From NCBI GenBank assembly GCA_011523825.1, contig WTFX01000026.1, forward strand, positions 96,834-160,833: 64,000 bases of DNA. The letters run 5' to 3'. The DNA comes from Microthrixaceae bacterium (GTDB lineage Bacteria; Actinomycetota; Acidimicrobiia; Acidimicrobiales; Poriferisodalaceae). Shown here piece after piece: positions 49,843 to 60,433 of this stretch. The position numbers and the translations under genes are program-made. A model generated the notes under the pieces. The model searched no databases. It had not been told where the DNA came from and worked only from the letters and a program-made list of their open reading frames with translations. How positions within the stretch are numbered: position 1 is the first letter of the stretch; every line of letters begins with the position of its first letter.

Positions 49843-51270
49843 AGCCCCGAGGTCGTGCCCAACGTTCTGGCGTCGCGCTACGCGTCGGCGGAGATGGCCG
49901 AGCTGTGGTCGCCTCGCCACAAGGTCATCCTCGAGCGGCGGTTGTGGATTGCGGTGCTCGAGGCGCAGCGCGATGCGGGCGTCGACGTGCCGGAAGGAGC
50001 GCTGGAGGCGTACCGAAATGCCGTCGAGGCAGTCGACCTCGACTCGATCACCGAGCGGGAACGGATCACGCGCCACGACGTAAAGGCCCGTATCGAGGAG
50101 TTCTGCGCACTTGCCGGCTACGAGCAGATCCATCGCGCGATGACCTCGCGCGACGTCACCGAGAACGTCGAGCAGTGCCAGGTTGCCGCAGCGTTGGGCC
50201 TGGTCGCCCAACGCATGGCTGCCTTCATCGTGCGCATCGCCGCGTTGGCGAGCTCTCACCGCGACCTCGTGATGACCGCGCGCACGCACAATGTGCCTGC
50301 ACAGGCAACCACGCTGGGCAAGCGCTGGGCCACGATCGGCACCGAGGCACTCGTGTCGCTCGAGCGCATCGAAGAACTCGTGGCGCGCTACCCGATGCGA
50401 GGGATACGCGGACCAGTTGGCACCCAGCAGGACATGCTGGAGCTGTTGGGCGGCGACCCGGCGGTGGTGGATCGCCTGGAGCGGCGCCTCGCCGCCGAGC
50501 TGGGCTTCGCCCGGGTGCTCGGTTCGGCTGGGCAGATCTATCCCCGCTCACTCGATCTCGACGTCGTCGCGGTGCTGGTCGGCGCCGCGGCACCGCTCGG
50601 CAACTTGGCACTCAGCGTGCGTCTCGGCGCCGGTCAGGAACTGGTCACCGAGGGTTTCACTGCCGGCCAAGTCGGTTCGTCTGCCATGCCCCACAAGATG
50701 AACACCCGCTCGTGCGAGCGAATCACTGGCCTCGTGACCGTCCTGCGCGGACACCTCACGATGGCGTCGCAGCTCGCCGGCGACCAATGGGACGAGGGGG
50801 ATGTGAGCTGCTCAGTGGTGCGCCGCATCGTGCTCCCCGATGCTTTCTTCGCACTTGACGGAGCGCTGGAGACTGCCTTCAGCGTCCTGGACGGCTTCGC
50901 CGTCTTCCCGGCTCGGGTCGAAGCCGAACTGGCCGCGTACTTGCCGTTTCTGGCCACCACTCGCCTGCTCGCCGCCGCCGTGGCAGCGGGTGTCGGCCGC
51001 GAGGAGGCGCACGAGCGCATCGGTGCCCATGCGACCGCCGCGGTGCTGGCATTGCGCGAGGGCACCGTCGACCGCAACGACCTCGCGGCTCGCATCGTGG
51101 CCGATCCCGAGCTGCAGCTCAGTGACGACGACGTCGCGGCAGCGCTTGCGGATCCGGCGTCGTTCAGCGGCCGGGCTGCGGATCAGGTCGACGAGTTCGT
51201 GGCCGCCGCTGGCAAGGTGGCCGAGCGGTATGGCGCAGCCGTCGACTACGAGCCAGGCGAGGTGCTGTGA
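49840..51270 (+). CDS. purB: Adenylosuccinate lyase
   Basis: Begins (V)SPEVVPNVLASRYASAEMAELWSPRHKVILERRLWIAVLEAQ... and contains SSAMPHKMNTRSCE. The start is GTG 49840 or in-frame GTG 49813. Confidence 0.9.
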   Translation: MSPEVVPNVLASRYASAEMAELWSPRHKVILERRLWIAVLEAQRDAGVDVPEGALEAYRNAVEAVDLDSITERERITRHDVKARIEEFCALAGYEQIHRAMTSRDVTENVEQCQVAAALGLVAQRMAAFIVRIAALASSHRDLVMTARTHNVPAQATTLGKRWATIGTEALVSLERIEELVARYPMRGIRGPVGTQQDMLELLGGDPAVVDRLERRLAAELGFARVLGSAGQIYPRSLDLDVVAVLVGAAAPLGNLALSVRLGAGQELVTEGFTAGQVGSSAMPHKMNTRSCERITGLVTVLRGHLTMASQLAGDQWDEGDVSCSVVRRIVLPDAFFALDGALETAFSVLDGFAVFPARVEAELAAYLPFLATTRLLAAAVAAGVGREEAHERIGAHATAAVLALREGTVDRNDLAARIVADPELQLSDDDVAAALADPASFSGRAADQVDEFVAAAGKVAERYGAAVDYEPGEVL

Positions 51271-51327
51271 GCCGAGCGGCGTGTGGCGCCGAACGATGAC
51301 AGGCGAGACGATGACAAGAGAGGCAAC

Positions 51328-52233
51328 GTGAGCGAGCTTGAGCTAGTCCATCGCGGGAAGGTACGCGAGATGTACCGCGTCGACGACAGGCACCTGTTGA
51401 TGGTGGCCAGCGACCGAATCTCGGCCTTCGACGTCGTGTTCAACGAGCCGGTGCCCGACAAGGGCCGAGTGCTGACGGCCATGACGGCCTGGTGGTCGAC
51501 GTGGCTCGGCGACATCGCACCGACCCACGTGGTTTCAGCCGACCCGGCTGACTTCCCGGCTGCAGCGCGACGATCCGAATGGGCCGGTCGAGCGCTCCTC
51601 GTTCGCCGGGCGGAGATGCTGCCGATCGAGTGCATCGTGCGCGGGTACATCACCGGTTCGGCATGGAAGGAATACCGCGAGCGCGGCACTATGCACGACG
51701 AGCCGCTGCCGGCCGGCCTGCTCGAATCGCAGCAGCTCCCCGATCCGGTCTTCACGCCGTCCACCAAGGCAACCGACGGGCACGACGTGAACATCTCGTT
51801 TGCTGCGGCCGCCGAGCTGGTCGGCGCCGACGCAGCCGCAGCCGCCCGCCGAGTGTGTGTCGATGCGTACAGCACAGCGGCTGCCCATGCGGCCGAACGG
51901 GGGATCATCATCGCGGACACCAAGTTCGAGCTGGGCTATGTGGACGGCGACTTGGTCGTTGCCGATGAGTGGCTCACACCCGACTCGTCTCGCTTCTGGC
52001 CCAGGGATCACTGGCAGCCCGGCGCATCGCCGCCGTCGCTCGACAAGCAGCCGGTGCGCGACGCCACCGAGGCCACTGGCTGGAACAAGGAGCCGCCCCC
52101 GCCACCGCTCACCGATGAGGTGGTTGCCGCCACGCGTGCTCGCTACATCGAGGCGTACGAGACGCTGACCGGCGAGTCGTTCGACGATTGGCTGGCGCAC
52201 TCCGGCGTGCCGGCGGGAGCCAACGCTTCATGA
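51328..52233 (+). CDS. purC: SAICAR synthetase
   Basis: Begins (V)SELELVHRGKVREMYRVDDRHLLMVASDRISAFDVV.... GTG 51328 follows AGAGAGG. Confidence 0.9.
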   Translation: MSELELVHRGKVREMYRVDDRHLLMVASDRISAFDVVFNEPVPDKGRVLTAMTAWWSTWLGDIAPTHVVSADPADFPAAARRSEWAGRALLVRRAEMLPIECIVRGYITGSAWKEYRERGTMHDEPLPAGLLESQQLPDPVFTPSTKATDGHDVNISFAAAAELVGADAAAAARRVCVDAYSTAAAHAAERGIIIADTKFELGYVDGDLVVADEWLTPDSSRFWPRDHWQPGASPPSLDKQPVRDATEATGWNKEPPPPPLTDEVVAATRARYIEAYETLTGESFDDWLAHSGVPAGANAS

Positions 52234-52502
52234 ATCGCTGGGAGGTGCTGGTGGAAGTCTCGCCACGAGCCGAGATTGCCGACCCGGCTGGCACCACGAT
52301 CGAGCGAGCTCTCGCAGCGCTCGGATTTGCGGGCGTGAGCGGCGTCAGGGTCGGCAAGGCCATCCGCATGGAGGTCACCGCAGCCGACGTGTCTGAAGCC
52401 CGTTCGGTGACCGAGCAGATGTGCGACCGCCTGCTTGCGAACCCGGTGATCGAGGATGCTCGCATCGAGCTGCGTGCTGCGGCACAGGATCACAGCCCGT
52501 GA
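52230..52502 (+). CDS. purS: FGAM synthase subunit PurS
   Basis: Begins MNRWEVLVEVSPRAEIADPAGTTIERALAALGF.... It overlaps purC as ATGA. Confidence 0.85.
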   Translation: MNRWEVLVEVSPRAEIADPAGTTIERALAALGFAGVSGVRVGKAIRMEVTAADVSEARSVTEQMCDRLLANPVIEDARIELRAAAQDHSP

Positions 52503-52509
52503 GTGCCAC

Positions 52510-53232
52510 ATGAGTGCGGCCATGAATGTGCCAATGAATGTCTCAGTCGGCGTTGTCCAATTCCCCGGCACCAACTGTGATCTCGACACGCTCGATGCCC
52601 TGGCCGAGCTGGGAGCGCGGACAACGCTGCTGCGCAGCGACGAAAGCTCGCTGGGTGGTGTTGAGGCCGTCGTCATTCCGGGTGGATTCGCGCACGGCGA
52701 TTACCTGCGTACCGGCGCAATTGCCCGCTTCTCACCGATCATGGACGCAGTGACGTCATTCGCGGGCGCTGGAGGTCCCGTGGTCGGCATTTGCAATGGA
52801 TTCCAAGTACTGACCGAGGCTGGTCTGCTGCCCGGAGCACTGCGACCCAATGCCGGGCTTTCGTTCCTGTGCCAACCGCAGCAGTTGATCATGGCGTCGG
52901 TGGATCATGTATTGGGATACGGGCTGTCGCCTTCGGAGGAACTGAGCATTCCCATCAATCACTTTGAAGGGAACTATGTATGCGATGGCGCGACATTGCA
53001 GCGTTTGCGTGCGAACGGTCAGGTCGTGATGCGCTATGTGGACAACCCGAATGGTTCAGTGGACGACATCGCCGGGATTTGCAACGAATCCGGCAATGTG
53101 GTGGGTTTGATGCCTCATCCGGAGCGGGCTACGTCTGAGCTATTGGGTTCTACTGACGGCCGAAAGTTGCTCGAAGCACTGCTCTATGCGGCAGCAGATG
53201 CTCGCCAAGCTGCCAGTCACCACGCGGCATGA
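52510..53232 (+). CDS. purQ: FGAM synthase glutaminase subunit PurQ
   Basis: Contains VGVVQFPGTNCDLD, the nucleophile Cys in GICNGFQVL, and MPHPER. In-frame ATGs lie at 52510, 52522 and 52534. The 12-bp unit ATGAATGT(G/C)(C/T)CA is duplicated at 52522-52545. Confidence 0.9.
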   Translation: MSAAMNVPMNVSVGVVQFPGTNCDLDTLDALAELGARTTLLRSDESSLGGVEAVVIPGGFAHGDYLRTGAIARFSPIMDAVTSFAGAGGPVVGICNGFQVLTEAGLLPGALRPNAGLSFLCQPQQLIMASVDHVLGYGLSPSEELSIPINHFEGNYVCDGATLQRLRANGQVVMRYVDNPNGSVDDIAGICNESGNVVGLMPHPERATSELLGSTDGRKLLEALLYAAADARQAASHHAA

Positions 53233-53292
53233 AGAGGCGTCTGTCCGCGATGGCTCGAGTTTCGCTCGCCGAGAGCGGGGGGATCTGAAGTG

Positions 53293-53694
53293 TCAGCCGC
53301 CCCGTGTGATGCCCGCACGGGCAAGCATGTCGGCCGGAACGCCGAACTCTCGCCATGTGGCGTACTGAATTCCCTTGCGCTGCCCGTAGTTGGAAGCGTG
53401 GGCGACAAAACCCTCTTCGACAGAGGCCATATCGGGTTCGACCTGCAGCGCTTCGATAGCCGCCTCGACATCCCGGCGCTCTTGCATCAGGAGCAAGCGC
53501 TTGATCGGCTTTGCGTCGGCAATCTGGGCATCGATTGCGGCTTTCTTGGCGTTCAGCGACTCCGCACTCTGCCTGCGGCCTGGACGAGGCCGGTGGGTTT
53601 CGAGGGCCTCGAGATAATCCCGCACTGCTGCGGCCTCGATGCGACCCGCGGCAATAGCCGCTTTGTGTTCGTCGGACATTGTTCGTTCGCTCAT
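53293..53694 (-). CDS. Hypothetical protein antisense to the pur operon, between purQ and purL
   Basis: Reads MSERTMSDEHKAAIAAGRIEAAAVRDYLEALETHRPRPGRRQSAESL...KRLLLMQERRDVEAAIEAL...YATWREFGVPADMLARAGI. I did not recognise any family. It has lower GC than the surroundings. An alternative ATG lies at 53679. Confidence 0.5.
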   Translation of the reverse strand: MSERTMSDEHKAAIAAGRIEAAAVRDYLEALETHRPRPGRRQSAESLNAKKAAIDAQIADAKPIKRLLLMQERRDVEAAIEALQVEPDMASVEEGFVAHASNYGQRKGIQYATWREFGVPADMLARAGITRGG

Positions 53695-53744
53695 GACGTC
53701 TGTATAGCACGACGTTTTCCGGTAGCCAATGAACTCGGGTTGAT

Positions 53745-56090
53745 GTGACTGCAATGGTTTCCGATTCGACCAGCATTCATGCGGTACTCGGCCTGACTGA
53801 TGCCGAATACGACCGCATTTGTGAGCTCTTGGCGCGTGAGCCGAACCATCTCGAACTGGCGATGTATGCGGTGATGTGGTCCGAGCATTGCTCGTACAAG
53901 TCGTCGCGCCGTCATCTTGCTCGCTTGCCGACCGAGGCCCCCTGTGTGCTCGTCGGGCCAGGCGAGAATGCCGGTGTCGTCGACGTCGGCGACGGCATTG
54001 CCGTTGCCGTGCGCATCGAGAGCCACAACCATCCCTCAGCCATCGAGCCGTATCAAGGTGCGGCGACCGGGGTCGGCGGCATTCTGCGCGACATCTTCAC
54101 CATGGGCGCGCGACCCATAGCGCTCGCGGATCCTCTGCGCGTCGGGCCGCTGGACGAGCCGCGCAGCAACTGGATTGCCGAGGGCATCGTCAGCGGCATC
54201 TCGGGGTATGGCAACAGCGTGGGCGTTCCCACCGTTGCCGGCGAATTCGTGTCGTGCGAGACGTACCGAGACAACCCGCTGGTGAATGTGGCCGCGCTGG
54301 GGATCATGCCGACCGAACGCCTGGTGCTGGGCCGAGCGACCGAGGTGGGCAGCGCAGCCGTGCTCATGGGCGCGAGCACCGGCCGTGACGGCATCGGCGG
54401 TGTCAGCGTGCTGGCGTCAGCGGGATTCGACGAGGCCGACGACGATTCGACGAAGCGCCCGAGCGTTCAGGTCGGCGATCCCTTCGAGGAGAAGCGTCTC
54501 ATCGAGGCATGCCTGGAACTGCTGGAGGCAGGGCTCGTCAGCGGCATCCAGGATCTCGGCGGCGCAGGCTTGACGTGCGCTGCGAGCGAAACGGCCTCGC
54601 GCGGCGGCACCGGCATGGAGGTGGATGTCAGCGTCGTGCCGCTGCGCCAGCACGGCATGGAGCCGTTCGAGATCATGACGTCGGAGTCGCAGGAGCGCAT
54701 GCTGGCGATTGTCTCGTCGGCCAACGTCGATCAGGTGCTCGAGATCTGTTCACGTTGGGAGGTGAGCGCAACGGTGGTCGGACGCGTGACCGGCGACGGC
54801 ATGTTGCGCGTGCGCGATGGGGTGGACGGCGCTGTCCTGGCCGAGGTTCCTGCGAGCACGCTGCACGACGATGCGCCGTCGTACGACCGGCCGATGCGCC
54901 CTCCGGCGGATCTGGCCGTCCGCCGCAGCGTCGACCCCGCGGCCGATCTCGCTGCGGACAGCCTGCCGGTGAGCAGTCCAGGCGACTGTGCTGCCGATCT
55001 GCTGGCGATGCTTGCCGACCCGAGTTGGGTCTACCGGCAGTACGACCACCAGTTGTTCCTGAACACGGTGGTCGGCCCGGGCCGCGACGCCACGCTGCTG
55101 CGATTGCGAGACCCCCGCAACGGCACTCCCACCGGTCGCGGCCTCGCCGTGTCGGTGGACGGCAACCACCGCTGGTGCGATGCCGATCCCCGCCGGGGCA
55201 CCGCAATGGTGGTCATCGAGGCAGCGCTGAACCTCGCCTGTGTGGGCGCCGATCCGCTCGCGCTCGTCAACTGCCTCAACTTCGGCAATCCGACCCATCC
55301 CGAGGTCATGTGGCAGCTTTCCGAAGCCATCGACGGCATGGCTGAAGCCTGCGTCGCCCTCGACGTGCCCGTCGTGGGCGGCAACGTGAGCCTCTACAAC
55401 GAGACGAACGGCACCAATATCAGCCCGACACCGGTGGTGTGCCTGATCGGCGTGCATCCCGACCTCGCTCGGCGACCGATCGCTGACACGCTGCCGCCGG
55501 GCACCGCGCTCATGCTGCTGGCCCCACCCGGCTCGGCCCTTGGGGACGAGGCAGACGGTTGCGCCTCCTCGCTGGGTGCCGTGGCACTGGGCGGCAGCCG
55601 CTGGGCGTGGGAACGTCGCGGCTGCCGCGACGGGGCGCTGCCCGACCTCGACCTTGCGGCCAGCGTCGCAGCCGCCCAGTTCGTGGCTGCAGCCGTGCGC
55701 GAGGGTGCCGTCTGGTGCGCGCACGATGTCTCCGACGGCGGCATCGCCGTGGCCATCGCCGAGATGTGCTGTCACGGCGGCGCGGGCGTGCATGCGAGGA
55801 TCCCGTCGCTGGGAGGCCCGGCACCGGCGGAGCGTGCGCTGTTCGCTGAGCCGCCGGGCCGCATATTGGTCGCGGTTGAGGCTCATGATGTCGAGCGGCT
55901 CGCGCACGCGGCCTCGGCGGCCGGGCTCGCGAGCCGCCGGCTCGGGTCGTTCGGCGGATCGAGAGTGCAGATCGGGCGTCTCGCGGAACCCGGTCTCGAC
56001 ATTGACGTGGCGCTCGATGACACGCTGGCCCGGTGGAGCGGTGCCTTGCCCCAGTCGTTCGCGGGGCCCGTCGACGGGGAGGCGGCATGA
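53745..56090 (+). CDS. purL: FGAM synthase large subunit PurL
   Basis: Contains [40 protein letters not shown] and [21 protein letters not shown]. The listed start is GTG 53745; an alternative ATG lies at 53754. Confidence 0.94.
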   Translation: MTAMVSDSTSIHAVLGLTDAEYDRICELLAREPNHLELAMYAVMWSEHCSYKSSRRHLARLPTEAPCVLVGPGENAGVVDVGDGIAVAVRIESHNHPSAIEPYQGAATGVGGILRDIFTMGARPIALADPLRVGPLDEPRSNWIAEGIVSGISGYGNSVGVPTVAGEFVSCETYRDNPLVNVAALGIMPTERLVLGRATEVGSAAVLMGASTGRDGIGGVSVLASAGFDEADDDSTKRPSVQVGDPFEEKRLIEACLELLEAGLVSGIQDLGGAGLTCAASETASRGGTGMEVDVSVVPLRQHGMEPFEIMTSESQERMLAIVSSANVDQVLEICSRWEVSATVVGRVTGDGMLRVRDGVDGAVLAEVPASTLHDDAPSYDRPMRPPADLAVRRSVDPAADLAADSLPVSSPGDCAADLLAMLADPSWVYRQYDHQLFLNTVVGPGRDATLLRLRDPRNGTPTGRGLAVSVDGNHRWCDADPRRGTAMVVIEAALNLACVGADPLALVNCLNFGNPTHPEVMWQLSEAIDGMAEACVALDVPVVGGNVSLYNETNGTNISPTPVVCLIGVHPDLARRPIADTLPPGTALMLLAPPGSALGDEADGCASSLGAVALGGSRWAWERRGCRDGALPDLDLAASVAAAQFVAAAVREGAVWCAHDVSDGGIAVAIAEMCCHGGAGVHARIPSLGGPAPAERALFAEPPGRILVAVEAHDVERLAHAASAAGLASRRLGSFGGSRVQIGRLAEPGLDIDVALDDTLARWSGALPQSFAGPVDGEAA

Positions 56091-57724
56091 GCGGCGACGC
56101 GGAGGAGGGCGTCGACCTCAACAAGCCGCGCGAAGCCTGCGGCGTTTTCGGCGTGTACCTGCCCGGCGGTCCCGTGGCCCACCTGAGCTATCTCGGGCTG
56201 TACGCGCTGCAGCACCGGGGGCAGGAATCGGCCGGCATTGCCGTGTCCGACCGCACCCACATCACGGTCGTGAAGGACATGGGCTTGGTTGCCAGCGCCT
56301 TCGACGACCGCGTGCTTGCAGGACTCGAGGGCGATCTCGCGATCGGCCACACCCGCTACTCCACCACGGGGTCGAGTTCGTGGCGTGCAGCGCAGCCGTT
56401 CTACCGGGGACTCGACGGCACGGAATTCGCGCTCGGCCACAACGGGAACCTCACCAACACGGCCGAGCTCGCGGCGTCATCGGGGATGCTCGACGGGGTG
56501 GTCACCAGCGACAGCGATCTGGTGGCCGAGCTGATCGCCCAGCGCATCAGGGCCACACCGCAGATCACCCGCACCCGCCCACGCGAGGCCGTCACCGAAG
56601 CGCTGGCAGAAGTACTGCCCACCCTTCGCGGGGGCTTCACGTTCGTAGTGGCCGACCGCGACCGCCTGATCGGGGTTCGCGATCCGCACGGCATCTGGCC
56701 GCTGTGTCTCGGCCGCCTCGATGTCGATGAGCACAGGGTCGATGAGCAAGCCGGTGACGGGAGCGGGAGCAGTCAGTCCGGCGTCGATCAACCCGGTGTC
56801 AGCCACTCCAGCGGCGGCTGGGTGCTGGCGTCGGAGAACCCTGCGCTGGAGGTCGTCGGCGCGACCTTCGAGCGCGAGATCCAGCCGGGCGAGATGGTCA
56901 TCATCGATGCAGCCGGGTGCCATTCGCTGTGGCCCTTTGCGGGCAGGCCGGCAATCGCCGACAAGGCGTCCCCGCACTTGTGCATCTTCGAGTTCGTGTA
57001 TTTCTCGCGCCCCGATACCACCCTGGCCGGCCAGAACGTGCATGCGGCCCGCCAGCGCATGGGCGCGCACTTGGCAACCAACGCGCCGGTTGATGCCGAC
57101 CTGGTGATGCCCATTCCCGAATCGGGTATTCCCGCTGCGCAGGGCTACGCACGCGCCAGCGGCATCGCGTACGGCGATGGCCTGGTCAAGAACCGCTACA
57201 TCGGCCGCACGTTCATCGCTCCGAACCAGCACGTCCGGTCGCTGGGTGTGCGGACCAAGCTCAATCCGATCAGTCCCAACATCGACGGCCGCCGGCTCGT
57301 GGTGGTCGACGATTCGATCGTGCGGGGCACCACCACCCGGTCGATTGTGGAGATGCTGCGCGGCGCTGGCGCTGCTGAGGTGCACCTGCGCATCTCCTCG
57401 CCGCCGTACCGCTGGCCGTGCTTCTACGGCATGGACACCGGCACCTCCGACGAGCTGCTGGCCGCGAATCGTGACCTTGCCGAGATCGAGGTGTACTTGG
57501 GAGTCGACTCGCTGGCCTACCTCAGCCTCGATCAGCTCGTCGAAGCCACCGGCGTGCCTGGCGGCGGGTTCTGTCATGCATGCCTGACTGGCGAGTATCC
57601 GGTGGAGATCGGCGCGGGGGCACGCGCCGAAGTGTTCGGCAGCCTCGCCGACGAGCCGAACCGCTCGCTGATCGCGACGGGCAGCGTGCAGCCGGCTGCC
57701 GTCGCGGAATCCATCGCTGGATGA
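56087..57724 (+). CDS. purF: Amidophosphoribosyltransferase
   Basis: A propeptide precedes the catalytic Cys ([10 protein letters not shown]). The PRPP loop is [12 protein letters not shown]. It overlaps purL as ATGA. Confidence 0.93.
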   Translation: MSGDAEEGVDLNKPREACGVFGVYLPGGPVAHLSYLGLYALQHRGQESAGIAVSDRTHITVVKDMGLVASAFDDRVLAGLEGDLAIGHTRYSTTGSSSWRAAQPFYRGLDGTEFALGHNGNLTNTAELAASSGMLDGVVTSDSDLVAELIAQRIRATPQITRTRPREAVTEALAEVLPTLRGGFTFVVADRDRLIGVRDPHGIWPLCLGRLDVDEHRVDEQAGDGSGSSQSGVDQPGVSHSSGGWVLASENPALEVVGATFEREIQPGEMVIIDAAGCHSLWPFAGRPAIADKASPHLCIFEFVYFSRPDTTLAGQNVHAARQRMGAHLATNAPVDADLVMPIPESGIPAAQGYARASGIAYGDGLVKNRYIGRTFIAPNQHVRSLGVRTKLNPISPNIDGRRLVVVDDSIVRGTTTRSIVEMLRGAGAAEVHLRISSPPYRWPCFYGMDTGTSDELLAANRDLAEIEVYLGVDSLAYLSLDQLVEATGVPGGGFCHACLTGEYPVEIGAGARAEVFGSLADEPNRSLIATGSVQPAAVAESIAG

Positions 57725-58788
57725 CGCCGGTGGCCGGCAATCCGAAACCGCTCACGTACGAAGCGGCGGGAGTGAGCATCGACGCGGGGGATGAGGCGGT
57801 GCGGCGTCTGGTGCCCCACGCTCGCAGCACGTACCGGCCCGAGGTGCTGAGCGACATCGGAGCATTCGGGGCGGTCACAGCCTTGCCGGAGGGCTTCACC
57901 GACCCAGTGCTGGTGAGCGCGAATGACGGTGCGGGCACCAAGCCCCTCATCGCCGCGGCGCTCGGCCGCTGGGACACGATCGGGATCGACGTGGTGGCCA
58001 TGTGTGTCGATGACATCGTCACACTCGGCGCGCAGCCGCTGCTGTTCCACGATCAGATCACTGCAGGAAGCCTCGACCCTGACGTCGTCGAGGCGATCGT
58101 GGCGGGTTTGGCCGCCGGTTGCCGCAGCGCCGGCTGCGCGCTGGTCGGAGGCGAGCTGGCCGAACACCCCGATGCGCTCGCACCCGGCGACTATGACATT
58201 GCCGGCTTTGCCGTGGGGGTGGCCGAACGAGCGCGGGTGCGAGGCCCCGTCAACGCCGAAGCTGCGACGCTTGTCGGGCTGGCGTCAGGCGGGCTTCGAT
58301 GCAACGGTTACAGCCTGGCCCGCCGTGCCCTGCTCGGTACGACGCCCGATCCGGCCGTCCTCGACTCGCCGGCTTGGCCCGGTGCCGATCACTCGCTGGG
58401 TGACGAGATGCTGCGACCGTCGATCATCTACACCCCTGCGGTGCTCGCGCTCTTCGACGAATGCGATGCCGTGGGGGCAGCGCACATCACCGGTGGGGGG
58501 CTGGTCGCGAACACGGCCCGCATGCTCGGCCCCGACGTCGATGCGTTGCTGCGGCGCGGTTCCTGGCCGGTGCCCAGGATCTTCGATTGCATCGCAGACG
58601 CCGGCCCCGTGACGCCTGAAGAGATGGAACGCGCTTTCAACCTCGGCATCGGCATGGTGGTTGCCGTGCCCCCGTCGGAGGTCGATGCGGCGCTGGGGAT
58701 TGCGCAAGGCGCTGGCCACCAGGCTTGGGTGATCGGTGAGATCCGCCCGGGCACGGGCACTGCCCACCTGGTCGAGGCCGGCAACTAG
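57721..58788 (+). CDS. purM: AIR synthetase
   Basis: Contains LTYEAAGVSIDAGDEAV, DGAGTK and ITGGGL. It overlaps purF as ATGA. Confidence 0.93.
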   Translation: MTPVAGNPKPLTYEAAGVSIDAGDEAVRRLVPHARSTYRPEVLSDIGAFGAVTALPEGFTDPVLVSANDGAGTKPLIAAALGRWDTIGIDVVAMCVDDIVTLGAQPLLFHDQITAGSLDPDVVEAIVAGLAAGCRSAGCALVGGELAEHPDALAPGDYDIAGFAVGVAERARVRGPVNAEAATLVGLASGGLRCNGYSLARRALLGTTPDPAVLDSPAWPGADHSLGDEMLRPSIIYTPAVLALFDECDAVGAAHITGGGLVANTARMLGPDVDALLRRGSWPVPRIFDCIADAGPVTPEEMERAFNLGIGMVVAVPPSEVDAALGIAQGAGHQAWVIGEIRPGTGTAHLVEAGN

Positions 58789-58864
58789 CGGCAGTTCAGC
58801 GGCCCATCCCAATACCCTGCCTGCCCATTGTCCGGACAGCGCCCCGGGCGCGCCAGGAGCACCG

Positions 58865-60280
58865 ATGACTGCCACCGCGGGGTCACGACCCACCGCTGCC
58901 TATTCCGCCACGCTCGAAGTCGAGCTGGCCCACCAGCCGGGCACGCTCGGCCGGCTGTGCACCGCGATCGGCGACGTAGGCGGCAACATCCAGAGCCTCG
59001 ACGGCTTCACGATCACCCAGGGCACGCTGCGCCAGCACATCGTGGTGGACGCGTCCAGCGAGCAGCACATCGTCCAGATCTGCGACGCCGTCAACGGGCT
59101 CGAAGGCATCACGGTCATCGCTTCGATGGATCGCACCTTCGAATTGCACGACGGCGGGAAGCTCGAGACGGTCACCCGCATCCCGCTGCGCAATGCCGAT
59201 GACCTCTCCATGGCCTATACGCCCGGCGTGGCCCGCGTCTGCCGGGCGATCGTGGACGACCCTGAGCGTGTCCACGACCTGACGATCAAGGGCAACACGG
59301 TCGCGATCGTCAGCGACGGCACGGCGGTGCTGGGTCTCGGTGACATCGGCCCGGCAGCTGCGATGCCGGTCATGGAGGGCAAGGCGCTGCTGTTCAAGGA
59401 ATTCGCAGGCGTGGACGCGTTCCCGATCTGCCTTGATGTCAACGAGCCGAGCGAGATCGTGGAGACGGTCATCCGGCTGGCACCCACCTTCGGCGGCATC
59501 AACCTGGAGGACATCGCGGCGCCAGGGGCGTTCGAGGTCGAGGAGGCGCTGCGCGCTGCGCTCGACATCCCCGTGTTCCACGACGACCAGCACGGCACTG
59601 CAGTGGTCGCCTTGGCTGCGCTCGAGAACTCTGCACGGATCGTGGGCAAGGAGCTGGCGAATCTGCGCTGCGTCATCCTGGGGGCGGGCGCGGCCGGCGT
59701 TGCGACCGCCAAGATCCTGTTGGGTGCCGGCATCGGCGACGTCATCGCCTGCGACCGCAAGGGCACGATTCACCCGGGTCGCTCCGAGCTGAACCACGCG
59801 AAGGAGTGGCTGGCGGCCAACACCAACGCCGAGCACGTGGCCGGCTCGGTGTCCGACGCCATGGCCGGCGCCGACGTGTTTCTCGGCCTCAGCGGACCCG
59901 GCCTCATCACCCGCGACGACGTGGAGACGATGGCAGAGCGACCGATCGTGTTCGCCATGGCGAATCCCGACCCGGAGATCCTGCCCGACGCCATCGGCGA
60001 CATCGCCGCCGTGGTGGCCACCGGCCGCAGCGACTACCCGAATCAGATCAACAACGTGCTGGCCTTCCCCGGCATCTTCCGCGGCGCCTTCGACGCAGGC
60101 GCCACCGACATCACCGAGAACATGAAGATCGCAGCCGCCGAGGCCATAGCGGCAGGCGTCTCGAGCGACGACCTGGCCCCGGATCTCGTGATCCCCACAG
60201 CCTTCGATCGCACGGTCGTCCCCGCAGTCGCATCAGCAGTAGCCACCGCCGCCCGCACCGACAACGTCACCCGCGGCTAA
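58865..60280 (+). CDS. NAD(P)-dependent malic enzyme with an N-terminal ACT domain
   Basis: The ACT-like N-terminus is LEVELAHQPGTLGRLCTAIGDVGGNI. It also contains LSMAYTPGVARVC, VSDGTAVLGLGDIGP..AMPVMEGKALLFK and VILGAGAAGVA. Confidence 0.88.
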   Translation: MTATAGSRPTAAYSATLEVELAHQPGTLGRLCTAIGDVGGNIQSLDGFTITQGTLRQHIVVDASSEQHIVQICDAVNGLEGITVIASMDRTFELHDGGKLETVTRIPLRNADDLSMAYTPGVARVCRAIVDDPERVHDLTIKGNTVAIVSDGTAVLGLGDIGPAAAMPVMEGKALLFKEFAGVDAFPICLDVNEPSEIVETVIRLAPTFGGINLEDIAAPGAFEVEEALRAALDIPVFHDDQHGTAVVALAALENSARIVGKELANLRCVILGAGAAGVATAKILLGAGIGDVIACDRKGTIHPGRSELNHAKEWLAANTNAEHVAGSVSDAMAGADVFLGLSGPGLITRDDVETMAERPIVFAMANPDPEILPDAIGDIAAVVATGRSDYPNQINNVLAFPGIFRGAFDAGATDITENMKIAAAEAIAAGVSSDDLAPDLVIPTAFDRTVVPAVASAVATAARTDNVTRG

Positions 60281-60359
60281 AGACCCCAAGAGACCCGCCA
60301 CCACGGCACCCCTTAAGTTTGCGGCCGAGGGGCGAAGCCCTTCGAGGCCGCTGTACTCG

Positions 60360-60432
60360 TGGTCGGGACCGGCGTCGATCCGGTGACCTCACGCTTTTCA
60401 GGCGCGCGCTCTGCCAACTGAGCTACCCGACC
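60360..60432 (-). tRNA. tRNA-Phe (anticodon GAA)
   Basis: Reverse complement: GGTCGGG TA GCTC AGTTGGCA GAGC G CGCGC CTGAAAA GCGTG AGGTC ACCGG ATCGACG CCGGT CCCGACC A. The cloverleaf is canonical except that the T loop starts with A rather than T. No CCA is encoded. Confidence 0.88.
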
Positions 60433-60433
60433 G

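Noticed and set aside
60323-60353. A GC-rich imperfect hairpin (GCGGCCGAGGGGCGAAGCCCTTCGAGGCCGC) between the malic enzyme gene and tRNA-Phe, considered as a bidirectional terminator.
   Set aside because: The stem has internal mismatches, and neither strand has a following U-tract. It is plausible but too weak to list as a feature.
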